Source: Eubacteriales bacterium
GTDB taxonomy: Bacteria; Bacillota; Clostridia; Oscillospirales; CAG-272
Assembly: GCA_045657645.1 (NCBI GenBank)
Contig: JAZOTL010000014.1
Span: 1-34,845 of the forward strand
Direction of reading: 5' to 3'
DNA: 34,845 bases
Shown: positions 17,641 through 27,747 of the stretch, piece after piece
How the letters are laid out: each line of letters opens with the position of its first letter
How positions within the stretch are numbered: position 1 is the first letter of the stretch
The notes under the pieces: model-generated
What the model saw: only the letters and a program-made list of their open reading frames with translations
Database searches by the model: none
What the model was told of the DNA's origin: nothing
Made by a program: the position numbers and the translations under genes

Positions 17641-18525
17641 CTATTTTTTCATTCTGAAGTCGTTTAACAGCATTCCGCTGTAAAGGGGAACCCCAAAGCG
17701 CTTTGCAAACATAGAGCACTTACACATAAAGATATAATATACATTTTTATTGCAATAGCTCAGGGTTTCAAAATTGCCCTGCCCCTTTGATATAATAACG
17801 TCAGCTTCTTCTAACTTTCTTCTTGCCTCGTTTGATATTCTGTTAAGGCAGGTGCCCGCAATATGGGAACCGTTATGGCTTACGGGCAGTATGGCATCAA
17901 GTCCTATCTGCAGGGCATCCTCACAGGTGGCATCGTTCAAAACAGGCTCGCCACGCACTATTACCTCTGCTTTCAGGTGGGGAAACTCCTTTAACAGCTG
18001 TATAATAAACAGCTTATCAAGGGCTATTTCTCCGCAATTATCGGTGAGATAGATAAGCTTTTTTGCCTGTGAAAGATCTTTTTTCAGATTATAATATTCC
18101 GTATTATCAAATTCAAGGGTGTGGGCACGGGAAAGCATTTCTTTCAGCTTTTCTTCATCCACGTTTACAGTGCCAAAGTCTACGTAGTTGCCGAGCATTG
18201 AGTAGCAAAGGGCAAGGTATAAGGGATCTTTTGCGGCTTCTATGGCGGAAAGCAATTCCTCTTCCATTGAAAGGATAAGGGCGTTAAAGTGCTTTTTTAT
18301 ATCGGTATAGTCAGGGTCAATGCCTAAAAGCTCCTCTTGGAGAGCGTATATTTGAGAGGCAAGCTCGGGGGAACTTGTTTCAAGGGTGGCATCATAAAGT
18401 ATTTTTATAAGTCTTTTGCTGTATTCAAGGCGTACCTCCTCCGAAGCAGCTTCGGGGAGATTGTCAAGATACTTTGAAAGCAGACATTTTATACATTCTG
18501 AATTAAGTCTAACAGGTGTTTTCAT
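17641..18525 (-). CDS. DUF89 / ARMT1-like damage-control phosphatase
   Basis: CIKC, GNYVDFG, TDNCGE, VLNDAT and ISKGQGNFETL motifs. Start moved to MKTPV (18525). Confidence 0.88.
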   Translation of the reverse strand: MKTPVRLNSECIKCLLSKYLDNLPEAASEEVRLEYSKRLIKILYDATLETSSPELASQIYALQEELLGIDPDYTDIKKHFNALILSMEEELLSAIEAAKDPLYLALCYSMLGNYVDFGTVNVDEEKLKEMLSRAHTLEFDNTEYYNLKKDLSQAKKLIYLTDNCGEIALDKLFIIQLLKEFPHLKAEVIVRGEPVLNDATCEDALQIGLDAILPVSHNGSHIAGTCLNRISNEARRKLEEADVIISKGQGNFETLSYCNKNVYYIFMCKCSMFAKRFGVPLYSGMLLNDFRMKK

Positions 18526-18535
18526 AATCTTTAGC

Positions 18536-19903
18536 TTACATTTCTGCAATGCAGCGTGCAACGTGTACGCCGCTTGCGGATGCATGGGAAAGTGAGTGGG
18601 TGATACCGCTGCCGTCACCTATGATGTAAAGGCCGTCATAGCAGGATTGGAGGTTTTCGTTAACCGATACTTCCATATTGTAGAACTTAACTTCTACGCC
18701 GTAAAGCAGGGTATCGTCGTTTGCGGTACCGGGTGCAACCTTGTCAAGGGCGTATATCATTTCAATAATACCATCAAGAATACGCTTTGGCAGAACAAGA
18801 CTTAAATCTCCCGGTGTGGCTTTAAGTGTAGGGGTTATAAAGGCTTCCTCTATGCGGTTGTGGTTGGAACGTCGGCCACGAATTAAGTCGCCAAAACGCT
18901 GAACTATAACACCGCCGCCAAGCATATTGCTGAGGCGTGCAATAGATTCGCCATAGCCGTTGGAATCCTTAAAGGGCTCTGAAAAATGCTTTGCTACCAA
19001 AAGGGCAAAGTTGGTGTTTTCTGTCTGCTTTGCAGGATCCTCGTAGCTATGCCCGTTTACTGTTATAATACCGTTTGTGTTTTCGTTAACAACGGCTCCT
19101 TTGGGGTTCATACAGAAGGTGCGTACCTTATCCCCGTATTCCTTTGTACGGTAAACTATCTTGCTTTCGTAAAGCTCGTCTGTAAGATGGGAGAAAACCT
19201 CTGCAGGTAATTCTACACGCACACCAATATCAACTCTGGTGGATTCGGTAGGTATATCAAGCTCCTTACAAACCTTTTCCATCCATTTGCTGCCGATACG
19301 ACCTACAGAAATTATACAATTTTTGCAGAAGTAGTCACTATCCTTTGTTTTTACCTCATAACCGCTGTCTGTCTTTTTTAAGGTTTCAACAGGGGTGTCA
19401 AAATAAAAATCTACCTTGTCCTTAAGCTCTGCGTAAAGGTTCTCTAAAACCACGTAATTTATATCTGTTCCAAGGTGGCGTACAGATGCGTTAAGCAGAT
19501 GAAGGTCGTGGCGGATGCATTCCTTTTTGAGCGGAGTTTGGGCGGTGGTGTACAGCTTTGTGCCCTGACCGCCGTAGCGCATATTTATTTCGTCTACGTA
19601 GTGCATAAGCTTAAGGGCGTGCTCTTTGCCTATATATTCGTGGAGGGTTCCTCCAAAATCGTTGGTGATATTATATTTTCCGTCAGAAAAAGCACCTGCA
19701 CCTCCAAAACCGCTCATTATAGAGCAGCTTTTACAGGCTATACAGGTCTTTACCTTCTCGCCGTCTATGGGGCAATGGCGCTTGCTTAGCTCGTGTCCCG
19801 CTTCAAAAACTGCAATTTTAAGATCCGGTCTTTTAAGGCATAACTCATATGCCGAAAAGATACCACCGGGGCCTGCGCCTATGATGATTACGTCATAATT
19901 CAT
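18536..19903 (-). CDS. NAD(P)/FAD-dependent oxidoreductase (uncharacterised flavoprotein family)
   Basis: IIGAGPGG, GFGGAGAFSDGK, RTFCMNP and IGDGSG motifs. Confidence 0.9.
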   Translation of the reverse strand: MNYDVIIIGAGPGGIFSAYELCLKRPDLKIAVFEAGHELSKRHCPIDGEKVKTCIACKSCSIMSGFGGAGAFSDGKYNITNDFGGTLHEYIGKEHALKLMHYVDEINMRYGGQGTKLYTTAQTPLKKECIRHDLHLLNASVRHLGTDINYVVLENLYAELKDKVDFYFDTPVETLKKTDSGYEVKTKDSDYFCKNCIISVGRIGSKWMEKVCKELDIPTESTRVDIGVRVELPAEVFSHLTDELYESKIVYRTKEYGDKVRTFCMNPKGAVVNENTNGIITVNGHSYEDPAKQTENTNFALLVAKHFSEPFKDSNGYGESIARLSNMLGGGVIVQRFGDLIRGRRSNHNRIEEAFITPTLKATPGDLSLVLPKRILDGIIEMIYALDKVAPGTANDDTLLYGVEVKFYNMEVSVNENLQSCYDGLYIIGDGSGITHSLSHASASGVHVARCIAEM

Positions 19904-19947
19904 ATTTATATCCTCCGTTCGGGATGCTTTTTAATTAAACCTTATAT

Positions 19948-19977
19948 ATTATAACATAATGCTATATAAAATGTAAA
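19948..19977 (-). promoter_or_regulatory. Putative sigma-A promoter heading the 19903-10199 run
   Basis: TTTACA-18-TATAAT with a TG extension. Confidence 0.55.
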
Positions 19978-19978
19978 G

Positions 19979-20010
19979 AAAAAAGCTTTCCTTTATAGGA
20001 AAGCTTTTTT
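19979..20010 (-). terminator. Intrinsic terminator after glnA
   Basis: AAAAAAGCTTTCCT-loop-AGGAAAGCTTTTTT. Confidence 0.8.
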
Positions 20011-20077
20011 GATTTATATGAAATTTCTGTGCATTTGAGGAGATAATTCCCGATTATGGGAACGGCTCCTTGCTGCT

Positions 20078-21502
20078 TTAAAGGTTGTAATATTTATCAA
20101 ATTCTGCGGGATGGGGGATAGCGGAAAGCTGTCTGCACTCAGCGCGCTTTGTCTTGATAAAGTTGCGGATAAGCTCTTCGGGGAATACGCCGCCTTCTGT
20201 AAGGTAAGCAAAGTCATTTTCCAAGCAATCAAGAGCATCCTCAAGGCATACGGGCAGACCCTGAAGCTTTGCTTTTTCCTCTTCGGGAAGATTGTAAAGG
20301 TTCATATCATAGGGGCCCCAACCGTTTGCGTGGGGGTCTATTTTGTTCTTTATACCGTCAAGACCTGCCATAAGGATAGCCGCATAGCAGAAGTAGGGGT
20401 TACAGGTAGCATCGGGATTGCGGAGCTCAAAGCGGCGCTTATCGGGGCTCTTTGCGTATGCAGGAATACGGATAACCGCACTTCTGTTAGAGGTTGCGTA
20501 TCCTACTGTTACAGGAGCTTCAAAGCCGGGAACAAGACGCTTGAAGGAGTTTGTGCTGGGGTTGGTAATAGCGCAGAGAGAACCGATGTGCTTAAGAAGA
20601 CCGCCTATAAAGTAATGCGCGGTTTCACTTAAATGGGAATAGCCGTTATCATCAGAGAATACGGGCTGTCCATCCTTGAAAAGTATCATATGAACGTGCA
20701 TACCGTTACCCGCTTCACCGTAAATGGGCTTGGGCATAAAGGTTGCGCTCTTGCCGTATTTGAGGGCTGTGTTATGGATGATATACTTTATCATCATTGT
20801 AGCATCAGCCATATGAACAACCTCACCAAGCTGGGGCTCTATTTCAAACTGACCGGATGCGGCAACCTCGGGATGGTGGTAGTTTATATCTATTCCCGCT
20901 TCCTTCATAAGAAGGCACATTTCGCTGCGGCATTCATAGGATGTGTCAAAGGGCTTTGCTATATGGTAGTTCTTCTGCTTCTGAACTACTACGCCGTGGC
21001 CTTCGCTGTCGGAGTTCCAATAGGACTGCTTTGCATCCACTTCAGCGCCTATATATCTGCCGTCAACGTTCCATGCAACGTTATCGAAAAGATAGAACTC
21101 AAACTCAGGAAGGATCTTCATTTCATCAGCTACACCGCTGTTCTTCATATATTCAACGGCTGCCTTTATGATGTTGCGGGGGTATTGTGCAAGAGGGCGG
21201 TTTTCGGGAGTGTCTATTATCATTGCGTTACCCGTCATTGAAAGGGTAGGAATATCGCAGAAGGGGTCTATAACAGCGGTATCAGGGTCTGGTATGAAAA
21301 CCATATCGCTCTTTTCAACTACCGCGTAGCCGTAGTTGGAGGCATCAAAGCCTATTCCGCTTTTCATTGTGTCTTCCGAAAAGTTTTCTGCAGGTATGGT
21401 AACATGGCGGTATTGACCGTTTATGTCTACCATTTTAAAGTCAACCATTTTAATGCCGTTGTCTTTGATGATATTAAGGATATCCTGAACAGTTTTAGCC
21501 AT
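20078..21502 (-). CDS. glnA: Glutamine synthetase type I
   Basis: GFDAS, PEFEFYLF, HHPEV, ATFMPKP..GNGMHVH, KRLVPGFEAP and RFELRNPD motifs. Start at MAKTV with RBS GAGGTG. Confidence 0.96.
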   Translation of the reverse strand: MAKTVQDILNIIKDNGIKMVDFKMVDINGQYRHVTIPAENFSEDTMKSGIGFDASNYGYAVVEKSDMVFIPDPDTAVIDPFCDIPTLSMTGNAMIIDTPENRPLAQYPRNIIKAAVEYMKNSGVADEMKILPEFEFYLFDNVAWNVDGRYIGAEVDAKQSYWNSDSEGHGVVVQKQKNYHIAKPFDTSYECRSEMCLLMKEAGIDINYHHPEVAASGQFEIEPQLGEVVHMADATMMIKYIIHNTALKYGKSATFMPKPIYGEAGNGMHVHMILFKDGQPVFSDDNGYSHLSETAHYFIGGLLKHIGSLCAITNPSTNSFKRLVPGFEAPVTVGYATSNRSAVIRIPAYAKSPDKRRFELRNPDATCNPYFCYAAILMAGLDGIKNKIDPHANGWGPYDMNLYNLPEEEKAKLQGLPVCLEDALDCLENDFAYLTEGGVFPEELIRNFIKTKRAECRQLSAIPHPAEFDKYYNL

Positions 21503-21543
21503 AAAAGTGCACCTCATTAAACATTATTAATTATTATAAATAG

Positions 21544-21572
21544 AGTATAACAATTTTTTGTTTTTTTGTCAA
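21544..21572 (-). promoter_or_regulatory. Sigma-A promoter for glnA
   Basis: TTGACA-17-TATACT. Confidence 0.65.
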
Positions 21573-21598
21573 TAAACTTAGGAGCAAATATAAACAAA

Positions 21599-21631
21599 AA
21601 ATGAACTGTTGCTTTATACAACAGTTCATTT
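21599..21631 (-). terminator. Terminator after upp
   Basis: AAATGAACTGTTG-loop-CAACAGTTCATTT with a U-tract on the minus strand. Confidence 0.75.
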
Positions 21632-21638
21632 ACCTTAA

Positions 21639-22280
21639 TTATTTTGTGCCGAAAAGTCTGTCACCCGCATCACCAAGACCGGGAAGGATGTAGCCGTTTT
21701 CGTTAAGGCATCTGTCAAGGGTAGAAACGTAAATGTTTACGTCGGGGTGAGCCTCTGCTACCTTTGAAACTCCCTCGGGAGCGCCGATAATAGCCATAAA
21801 CTTAATATGCTTACAGCCCTGATCCTTTAAGGATTGGATAGCGTCACAAGCGCTTCCGCCTGTTGCCAGCATAGGGTCTACAACCAGTACAAGCTTGTCC
21901 TCTATTCCGGAGGGAAGCTTGCAGTAGTAGGACTTGGGCTGCAGAGTTTCTTCATCTCTGTACATACCAATGTGACCTACTTTTGCCAAGGGGAAAAGTA
22001 CGTGCACGCCGTTTACCATACCTAAGCCTGCGCGGAGTATGGGAACTATAACAACGGAATTATCGGTTACCACCTTCTGTTTGCAGGTTTCAAGGGGTGT
22101 CTTTACCTCAATTTCTGTGGTGGGCACACCCTCTTTAAGGGATTCGTAAGTCATAAGTGTGGTAATTTCCTCAACTAACTCACGAAATTCTTTCATACTT
22201 GTGCGTTCGTCACGGAGAATTGCTATCTTGTGACGGATCAAGGGATGATCAAAAATTACAACGTTATCGTAATTTTTCAT
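21639..22280 (-). CDS. upp: Uracil phosphoribosyltransferase
   Basis: PILRAGLGM, VVDPMLATGGS and YILPGLGDAGDRLFGT motifs. Confidence 0.98.
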   Translation of the reverse strand: MKNYDNVVIFDHPLIRHKIAILRDERTSMKEFRELVEEITTLMTYESLKEGVPTTEIEVKTPLETCKQKVVTDNSVVIVPILRAGLGMVNGVHVLFPLAKVGHIGMYRDEETLQPKSYYCKLPSGIEDKLVLVVDPMLATGGSACDAIQSLKDQGCKHIKFMAIIGAPEGVSKVAEAHPDVNIYVSTLDRCLNENGYILPGLGDAGDRLFGTK

Positions 22281-23683
22281 TAGTTTTCTTCCTCCTTAGA
22301 GCTTTCAACAACCGGCTTCTTAAACTTGTTAAGAAGGATGTTTACAACAATGCCGAGGATAAGAGCGCAAGCTATGGAGGTCAAGGTTACCTTGCCGATT
22401 GCCATAGACATACCGCCGATACCCGATATAAGTATTACCGAAACTGTGAAGAGGTTTGCATTATCTTCAAGGTCAACCTTCTGGATCATCTTAAGACCGG
22501 AAACTGCTATGAAGCCGTAAAGGGTAATGCAAACACCGCCCATTACGCATCCGGGAATGGAATCCAAAAATGCAACGAAGGGGGATACAAAGGAGATAAG
22601 AATTGCAATAATAGCTGTTGTAGTAATAGTTGCAACAGAAGCGTTACGGGTAATAGCAACACAACCAACAGATTCACCGTATGTTGTGTTAGGGCAACCG
22701 CCGAAGAAAGCGCCTGCAACAGAACCAACGCCGTCACCTAAAAGTGTGCGGTGAAGACCGGGCTCTTCAAGAAGGTCTTTGTCAATGATAGAGGAAAGGT
22801 TTTTGTGGTCTGCAATATGCTCTGCAAATACAACGAATGCAACGGGGATATATGCAACTGCGATGGTTGCAAGGTAGCTTATTTCAAAGTCTTTTGTGCC
22901 TTTTAATGCGTTGATAAATGTGAACTCGGGAACTGCAAGGAAGGTGCCAACGCCTACTCCGTTTGCTACAAGATTTGTGAAAGGAGTAAAGTCAATAACC
23001 TTCAGGGCATCAACGTTTGTGGCATAACCGATAACGGTGAATATCAAAGCAACTGCATAACCTGCAAGTACGCCTATGATAAAGGGGATAAGCTTGGTCA
23101 TCTTTTTGCCGTAGGTTGAGCAAAGAACAACAACTATAAGAGTTACAATTGCGCAAACAAAGGACAACCAGATGTTGGTGGTCATAATAAATGCACCGTT
23201 GGCATCCTGGGGACCGTAAGAGAAAACGTCCTTAACTGCCGCACCTGCAAGGGAAAGACCGATTATTGCAACTGTGGGGCCGATTACTGCTGCAGGCATA
23301 AGCTTGTTTATCCAGTTAACGCCAACAAACTTAACTACAAGGGCAATAACAACGTATACTAAAGCTGCAAATGCCGCACCGATCAAAATGCCAAGATATC
23401 CAAGATTAACGGATACCGCACCTGCAAAAGCTGCGGTCATTGAGCCGATGAAAGCAAAGGATGAACCAAGGAATACAGGACTGCGGAATTTAGTGAATAA
23501 CTGATAAACAAGTGTACCGATACCTGCACCGAAAAGTGCTGCGGAAGCGGACATACCGTTACCTACGATAGCGGGAACGGCGATAGTTGCTGCCATAATT
23601 GCAAGCAACTGCTGGAAAGCGAATATAAGGAGCTTGTCGAATGATGGTTTGTCGTGGATGTCGTAAACTAAATTTTTAGCCAT
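22280..23683 (-). CDS. uraA: Uracil permease (NCS2 family)
   Basis: PVFLGSSFAF, EHIADH and PNTTYGE motifs. Start moved to MAKNL (RBS GGAGG). Overlaps upp by 1 nt. Confidence 0.92.
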   Translation of the reverse strand: MAKNLVYDIHDKPSFDKLLIFAFQQLLAIMAATIAVPAIVGNGMSASAALFGAGIGTLVYQLFTKFRSPVFLGSSFAFIGSMTAAFAGAVSVNLGYLGILIGAAFAALVYVVIALVVKFVGVNWINKLMPAAVIGPTVAIIGLSLAGAAVKDVFSYGPQDANGAFIMTTNIWLSFVCAIVTLIVVVLCSTYGKKMTKLIPFIIGVLAGYAVALIFTVIGYATNVDALKVIDFTPFTNLVANGVGVGTFLAVPEFTFINALKGTKDFEISYLATIAVAYIPVAFVVFAEHIADHKNLSSIIDKDLLEEPGLHRTLLGDGVGSVAGAFFGGCPNTTYGESVGCVAITRNASVATITTTAIIAILISFVSPFVAFLDSIPGCVMGGVCITLYGFIAVSGLKMIQKVDLEDNANLFTVSVILISGIGGMSMAIGKVTLTSIACALILGIVVNILLNKFKKPVVESSKEEEN

Positions 23684-23734
23684 GATTTCCTCCAATATTT
23701 TTTGGGCCGTTTGGGCCCTGTTTTTCAATTAAAA

Positions 23735-23763
23735 ATTATATCACTTTTATCGAAATAAGTCAA
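23735..23763 (-). promoter_or_regulatory. Sigma-A promoter for uraA-upp
   Basis: TTGACT-17-TATAAT. Confidence 0.65.
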
Positions 23764-23861
23764 CCGTTGTCGAGGTCCTTTAAGCTGTATTGAATGTTTT
23801 GCAATTATCTGTTATAATTGTTTTGCTTAAAGGATTGAAAAAACGAAAGGTGCGGTTGAAT

Positions 23862-24578
23862 ATGGATTTTTGTGATAAGGTTGTTGTAATAACAGGCGGT
23901 GCTCACGGGATAGGCCTTTGCACGGCAGAAGAATTCCGAAAAGAAGGGGCGCAGGTAGTTGTTATTGACAGTGCTCCCGGGGAGCACTACGTTGGAGATA
24001 TTGGAAATAAAGAGGTGTTGGAGGATTTTGCCCGTACAGTTATTGAAAAATACGGACGAGTGGATGTTTTGGTAAACAACGCGCCGCCCAAAATGCAGGG
24101 TATTGACAACTGCACTTGGGAAGAGTTTGAAAATGCAATGAACGTGGGCGTAACCGCACCCTTTTATTTAAGCAAATTGTTTGCTCCCTATTTTTCAAAA
24201 GGTGCTTCTGTTATCAATATTTCATCTTCCAGAGATAGAATGAGCCAGCCCCAAACCGAGAGCTATACTGCAGCTAAAGGCGGCATTGCCGCCCTTACCC
24301 ATGCCCTTGCTGTCAGCTTTGCGGGCAAGGTTCGTGTGAACTCAATTTCCCCCGGTTGGATAGATACGGCATATACCGTATATGAGGGGCCGGACGCAGC
24401 CCAACAACCTGCAGGCCGTGTGGGCAATCCCTTGGATATTGCAAATATGATTTTGTTTTTGGCTTCGGATAAGGCAGGATTTATCACAGGGGAAAATATC
24501 TGTATCGACGGTGGACAGACTAAGCTTATGATCTACCACGGTGATAACGGTTGGAGTTTTGACAATTTGAAAAAATAA
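23862..24578 (+). CDS. SDR family oxidoreductase
   Basis: TGGAHGIG, LVNNA, YTAAK and RVNSISPG motifs. Start at ATG 23862 (RBS AAGGTG). Confidence 0.93.
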   Translation: MDFCDKVVVITGGAHGIGLCTAEEFRKEGAQVVVIDSAPGEHYVGDIGNKEVLEDFARTVIEKYGRVDVLVNNAPPKMQGIDNCTWEEFENAMNVGVTAPFYLSKLFAPYFSKGASVINISSSRDRMSQPQTESYTAAKGGIAALTHALAVSFAGKVRVNSISPGWIDTAYTVYEGPDAAQQPAGRVGNPLDIANMILFLASDKAGFITGENICIDGGQTKLMIYHGDNGWSFDNLKK

Positions 24579-24737
24579 TAAAGCAAATTATACTTTCGGC
24601 AATTTAAAGTGATATACCGAGTTATGTGTTTGATGGAAATATTGAAAACGGAGCACAACTTTTTTTAATATAATGTTGCAATTTATCTCGTTTAGTGGTA
24701 AAATGCTTACGTAGATTATAAGGGAGAGCTTTGCTTT

Positions 24738-27251
24738 ATGATAGATTTTTTGAAAAATAAAAGAATAATGGCCTTTATCCTGTCGCTTCTTATGATGATG
24801 TCGGTAATTACTGTACCATCTTTTGCGCAAGATACGGAAATTACGGAAGCGGATACCTACGTTTTAAACCGTGATGGCAATGGACTACCCTTATTCTTTT
24901 ATCAAAGCCCCTGTATGCTTGGATATGACTTTAACAACCAATTAGGTGGAAACGGTATTCCCATACAGGCGTTTGTATTTACTATGTATAATTCTATATC
25001 ACAGGAGCATTTCCCCACCTATTGTGTTGATATTAACGTTACTGCAGTGCCGGGGGCAGATTACCGCCGTTTGAATTTGGAGGATTCCTCTTACTCTAAA
25101 AATGCGGCAGGTAAGGTTCGTGCTATATTGCAGGAAGGCTTTTATATCATTCCCATAAGCGGTGAATCTGACGCCGACCACCAGGCAAGAGTTAATGCAA
25201 AAACTGCAGCCTTGGCAAAGGCTGCGGGAGTAGAGGGCCTTACTACGGGTGAGGCTATAGCGGCAACTCAGGCGGCTATCTGGCGTGTTATCCACGGGCC
25301 GGAGCTTTCCTTTCCCAAGTTCTGCAGATACGTGTTTAATCCCACAAACACAAAATATGCCTCCCTTTGTTCTTATAGTGAATTGCGGTACAAAAACAAT
25401 GCTTTGATAAATTCTACCATTGAAGCAGCCTATAACTATCTTATCTCTCTTGCTCCCGTGGCACCTACTGCGAAAGCGGTTTCTCCGGCTTCCTTTACGG
25501 ATCTGAACGACCCGGTCTTCACACCTAACAATAACGGTACCTACAACGTTTCGGTTACTACCACCGTGGATGTGGAAATGGCTGCAGGAGATGCTCTTAC
25601 CTTGAAGGCCAAGATCGGTGATAACTACGCTTCGCAGGTAGATCTTACAAACGGTAAGCAGGTTGTTACTTTAACCTTAAAGGATGTTCCTGCTTCCCTT
25701 ATATCAGAGGACGTAATCCTCTCTATTTCCGGTTATCAAACCTCTGCAGAATATTTCTTCTTTGATGCCACGGGCGATCGTGGCTCCTCCCAGTCTATGG
25801 TTGGTTATAATAACAGCCGCCTTCCTGTGTACGCACAGGTTCGCGCAGAAGAGGACCGTGTACTCAACATTTACAAAACAGCTAAGGTGGCAGTTGGTAA
25901 CGATGCTTACGTAAATAAACCTCTTAGTAACATTTCTTTTGATATTTTCCCCGTTGCAACAAGAGAGGAATATATGTCGGGCGCGGTTATACTTCCCGAT
26001 GCTACCGAATATAATCATCCCCAATATGCCGATTATACAATCACAACCGATGAAAACGGCGAAGCTTCTTTCAGCTTCACCCATTACGGATTGCCCGACG
26101 GAGTATATTTGGTGGTGGAACATCCACACCCAAGTATAGTTTCACCCATCGAACCTTTCTATCTGCATGTTCCGATGACCGATCCCGATACGGGCGAAGA
26201 GCTTTATGAGATAACAATAAAACCCAAAAACGACGTTAAGGGCTCTGTGTATATTGAAAAGGACGTTACTTCAATCGGAAATGACCAATCCACCGTTAAT
26301 GCTTATGAAGCTCATAGATGGATCATAGGCTCCACGATTCCCGAGGATATTGCTACCGGTAAGTCCTATGTAATTACAGATACCTTGGATAACCGTTTAG
26401 ACTATCTCGGTAATCTGATAGTGATTCTTGAAAAGAACGGTGAAGAGGCCGGCGTAACCCTTACACCCGATGACGATTACATACTTACCGTAACAGATGT
26501 GGATTCTCTTTTGGAGGCCAAACCTCGTGATTCCTTTAAGATAGAGCTTACCGTTAACGGTATGAATAAGATTGCAAATGCTATAGGTAACAACAGCTTT
26601 AACAGCTATATGTTGCGCGTGTATTTTGATGCTCAGATTAATGCAAATGCAGAAATGGGAACTCAGATACCCAATAGTGCAAATCTGCAGTACATCAACG
26701 CGGTGAATTTCGAATTTATAGAAAAATCCGATACACCCGTTGTTTATACCGGCGGTGTGAATTTGCTTAAGGTAGATTTCAAGAACACAAACAAAACCCT
26801 TGCGGGGGCCACCTTTGAATTGTACCGTGCCGCAACTCCGGAAGAACTTGCAGCAGGGGATGCACGCTTAACCCAGATCGACGGGGTAGTAGGAAAGGTA
26901 ATAAAGGTAGCTTTCTTTGATAATAGCTCACTTATGGGCGAAAAGGTAACCTCTGTTGTTTCGGGCGAGGACGGCAAGCTTTCGATTTACGGTCTTGCCT
27001 ACGGAAAATACTTCCTTGTGGAAACAGCACCTCCTGCGGGTTATAATCCTTTGGGCGAAACCTATGAATTAACTATCAACGAGTTAAGTCATAACGATGA
27101 AAATGTAATCGTTGTAAAAAATAAATCCGGTGTAATTTTACCTTCCACCGGCGGTATAGGTACAACAGTATACAGTGTGGGCGGTATCTCACTTATCACG
27201 GTTGCTCTTGTCCTGCTTTATATCAAAAAGCGCAGAACGGCTGAATTTTAA
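24738..27251 (+). CDS. Sortase-anchored surface protein: thioester (TED) domain, SpaA/isopeptide pilin domains and an LPSTG anchor
   Basis: Signal peptide, then YCVD, TQAAIW and SQSMV (TED), IKPKN (pilin-motif-like), YVITDTLD, YFLVETAPPAGY (E-box), and LPSTG-TM-KKRR. Confidence 0.88.
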   Translation: MIDFLKNKRIMAFILSLLMMMSVITVPSFAQDTEITEADTYVLNRDGNGLPLFFYQSPCMLGYDFNNQLGGNGIPIQAFVFTMYNSISQEHFPTYCVDINVTAVPGADYRRLNLEDSSYSKNAAGKVRAILQEGFYIIPISGESDADHQARVNAKTAALAKAAGVEGLTTGEAIAATQAAIWRVIHGPELSFPKFCRYVFNPTNTKYASLCSYSELRYKNNALINSTIEAAYNYLISLAPVAPTAKAVSPASFTDLNDPVFTPNNNGTYNVSVTTTVDVEMAAGDALTLKAKIGDNYASQVDLTNGKQVVTLTLKDVPASLISEDVILSISGYQTSAEYFFFDATGDRGSSQSMVGYNNSRLPVYAQVRAEEDRVLNIYKTAKVAVGNDAYVNKPLSNISFDIFPVATREEYMSGAVILPDATEYNHPQYADYTITTDENGEASFSFTHYGLPDGVYLVVEHPHPSIVSPIEPFYLHVPMTDPDTGEELYEITIKPKNDVKGSVYIEKDVTSIGNDQSTVNAYEAHRWIIGSTIPEDIATGKSYVITDTLDNRLDYLGNLIVILEKNGEEAGVTLTPDDDYILTVTDVDSLLEAKPRDSFKIELTVNGMNKIANAIGNNSFNSYMLRVYFDAQINANAEMGTQIPNSANLQYINAVNFEFIEKSDTPVVYTGGVNLLKVDFKNTNKTLAGATFELYRAATPEELAAGDARLTQIDGVVGKVIKVAFFDNSSLMGEKVTSVVSGEDGKLSIYGLAYGKYFLVETAPPAGYNPLGETYELTINELSHNDENVIVVKNKSGVILPSTGGIGTTVYSVGGISLITVALVLLYIKKRRTAEF

Positions 27252-27273
27252 ACAGTACAAATATTGAAAATAT

Positions 27274-27307
27274 AAAAGCCTTGGTATTAAGTGTACCAAG
27301 GCTTTTT
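27274..27307. terminator. Bidirectional terminator
   Basis: AAAAGCCTTGGTA-loop-TACCAAGGCTTTT. Confidence 0.8.
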
Positions 27308-27309
27308 CT

Positions 27310-27747
27310 TTAATAATAAATAGATATCTGCATTTGTCCGTTTTCGTGATCGGTAAAATGAATGCTTCTGTTCTCGGGGTCGGTTCCCGTGTAAGAATAA
27401 CTTTCGGTCTGCTCAATAGTATAGCCGAAATCTGTTAAAGACTGCACATAAGTGTGAAATGCAGCAGAATCGTGGGAGCTTATAAAAATTGTGTAGCAGC
27501 TGATGTTATCCTGATTCTGTCCCTCCCAATTCTCAAAGGGAAGATCCGGAATATATACCTCGCCCAGCAACCAGGTCCAACCCTCGTGGGGGTCCTCGGT
27601 CTGTGCTTGTGTAGTAGTTGCTTCGGTTGTGTCGCCAACAGAAGTCTTATCCGTATTTTCATCCGTGTTCACGTCGTTGTTTCCGTTATTGCAGGCAGAC
27701 ATACAAAACATAGCGAGCAACAGCAAACAAATAAGAATTTTTTTCAT
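27310..27747 (-). CDS. Hypothetical lipoprotein
   Basis: MKKILICLLLLAMFCMSAC lipobox-like signal, an N/T-rich linker and a small globular domain. RBS GGAGAGG. Confidence 0.75.
   Translation of the reverse strand: MKKILICLLLLAMFCMSACNNGNNDVNTDENTDKTSVGDTTEATTTQAQTEDPHEGWTWLLGEVYIPDLPFENWEGQNQDNISCYTIFISSHDSAAFHTYVQSLTDFGYTIEQTESYSYTGTDPENRSIHFTDHENGQMQISIYY

Noticed and set aside
23684-23763. PyrR attenuator upstream of uraA-upp
   Set aside because: The predicted leader is only about 45 nt, with no PyrR-binding loop or terminator.
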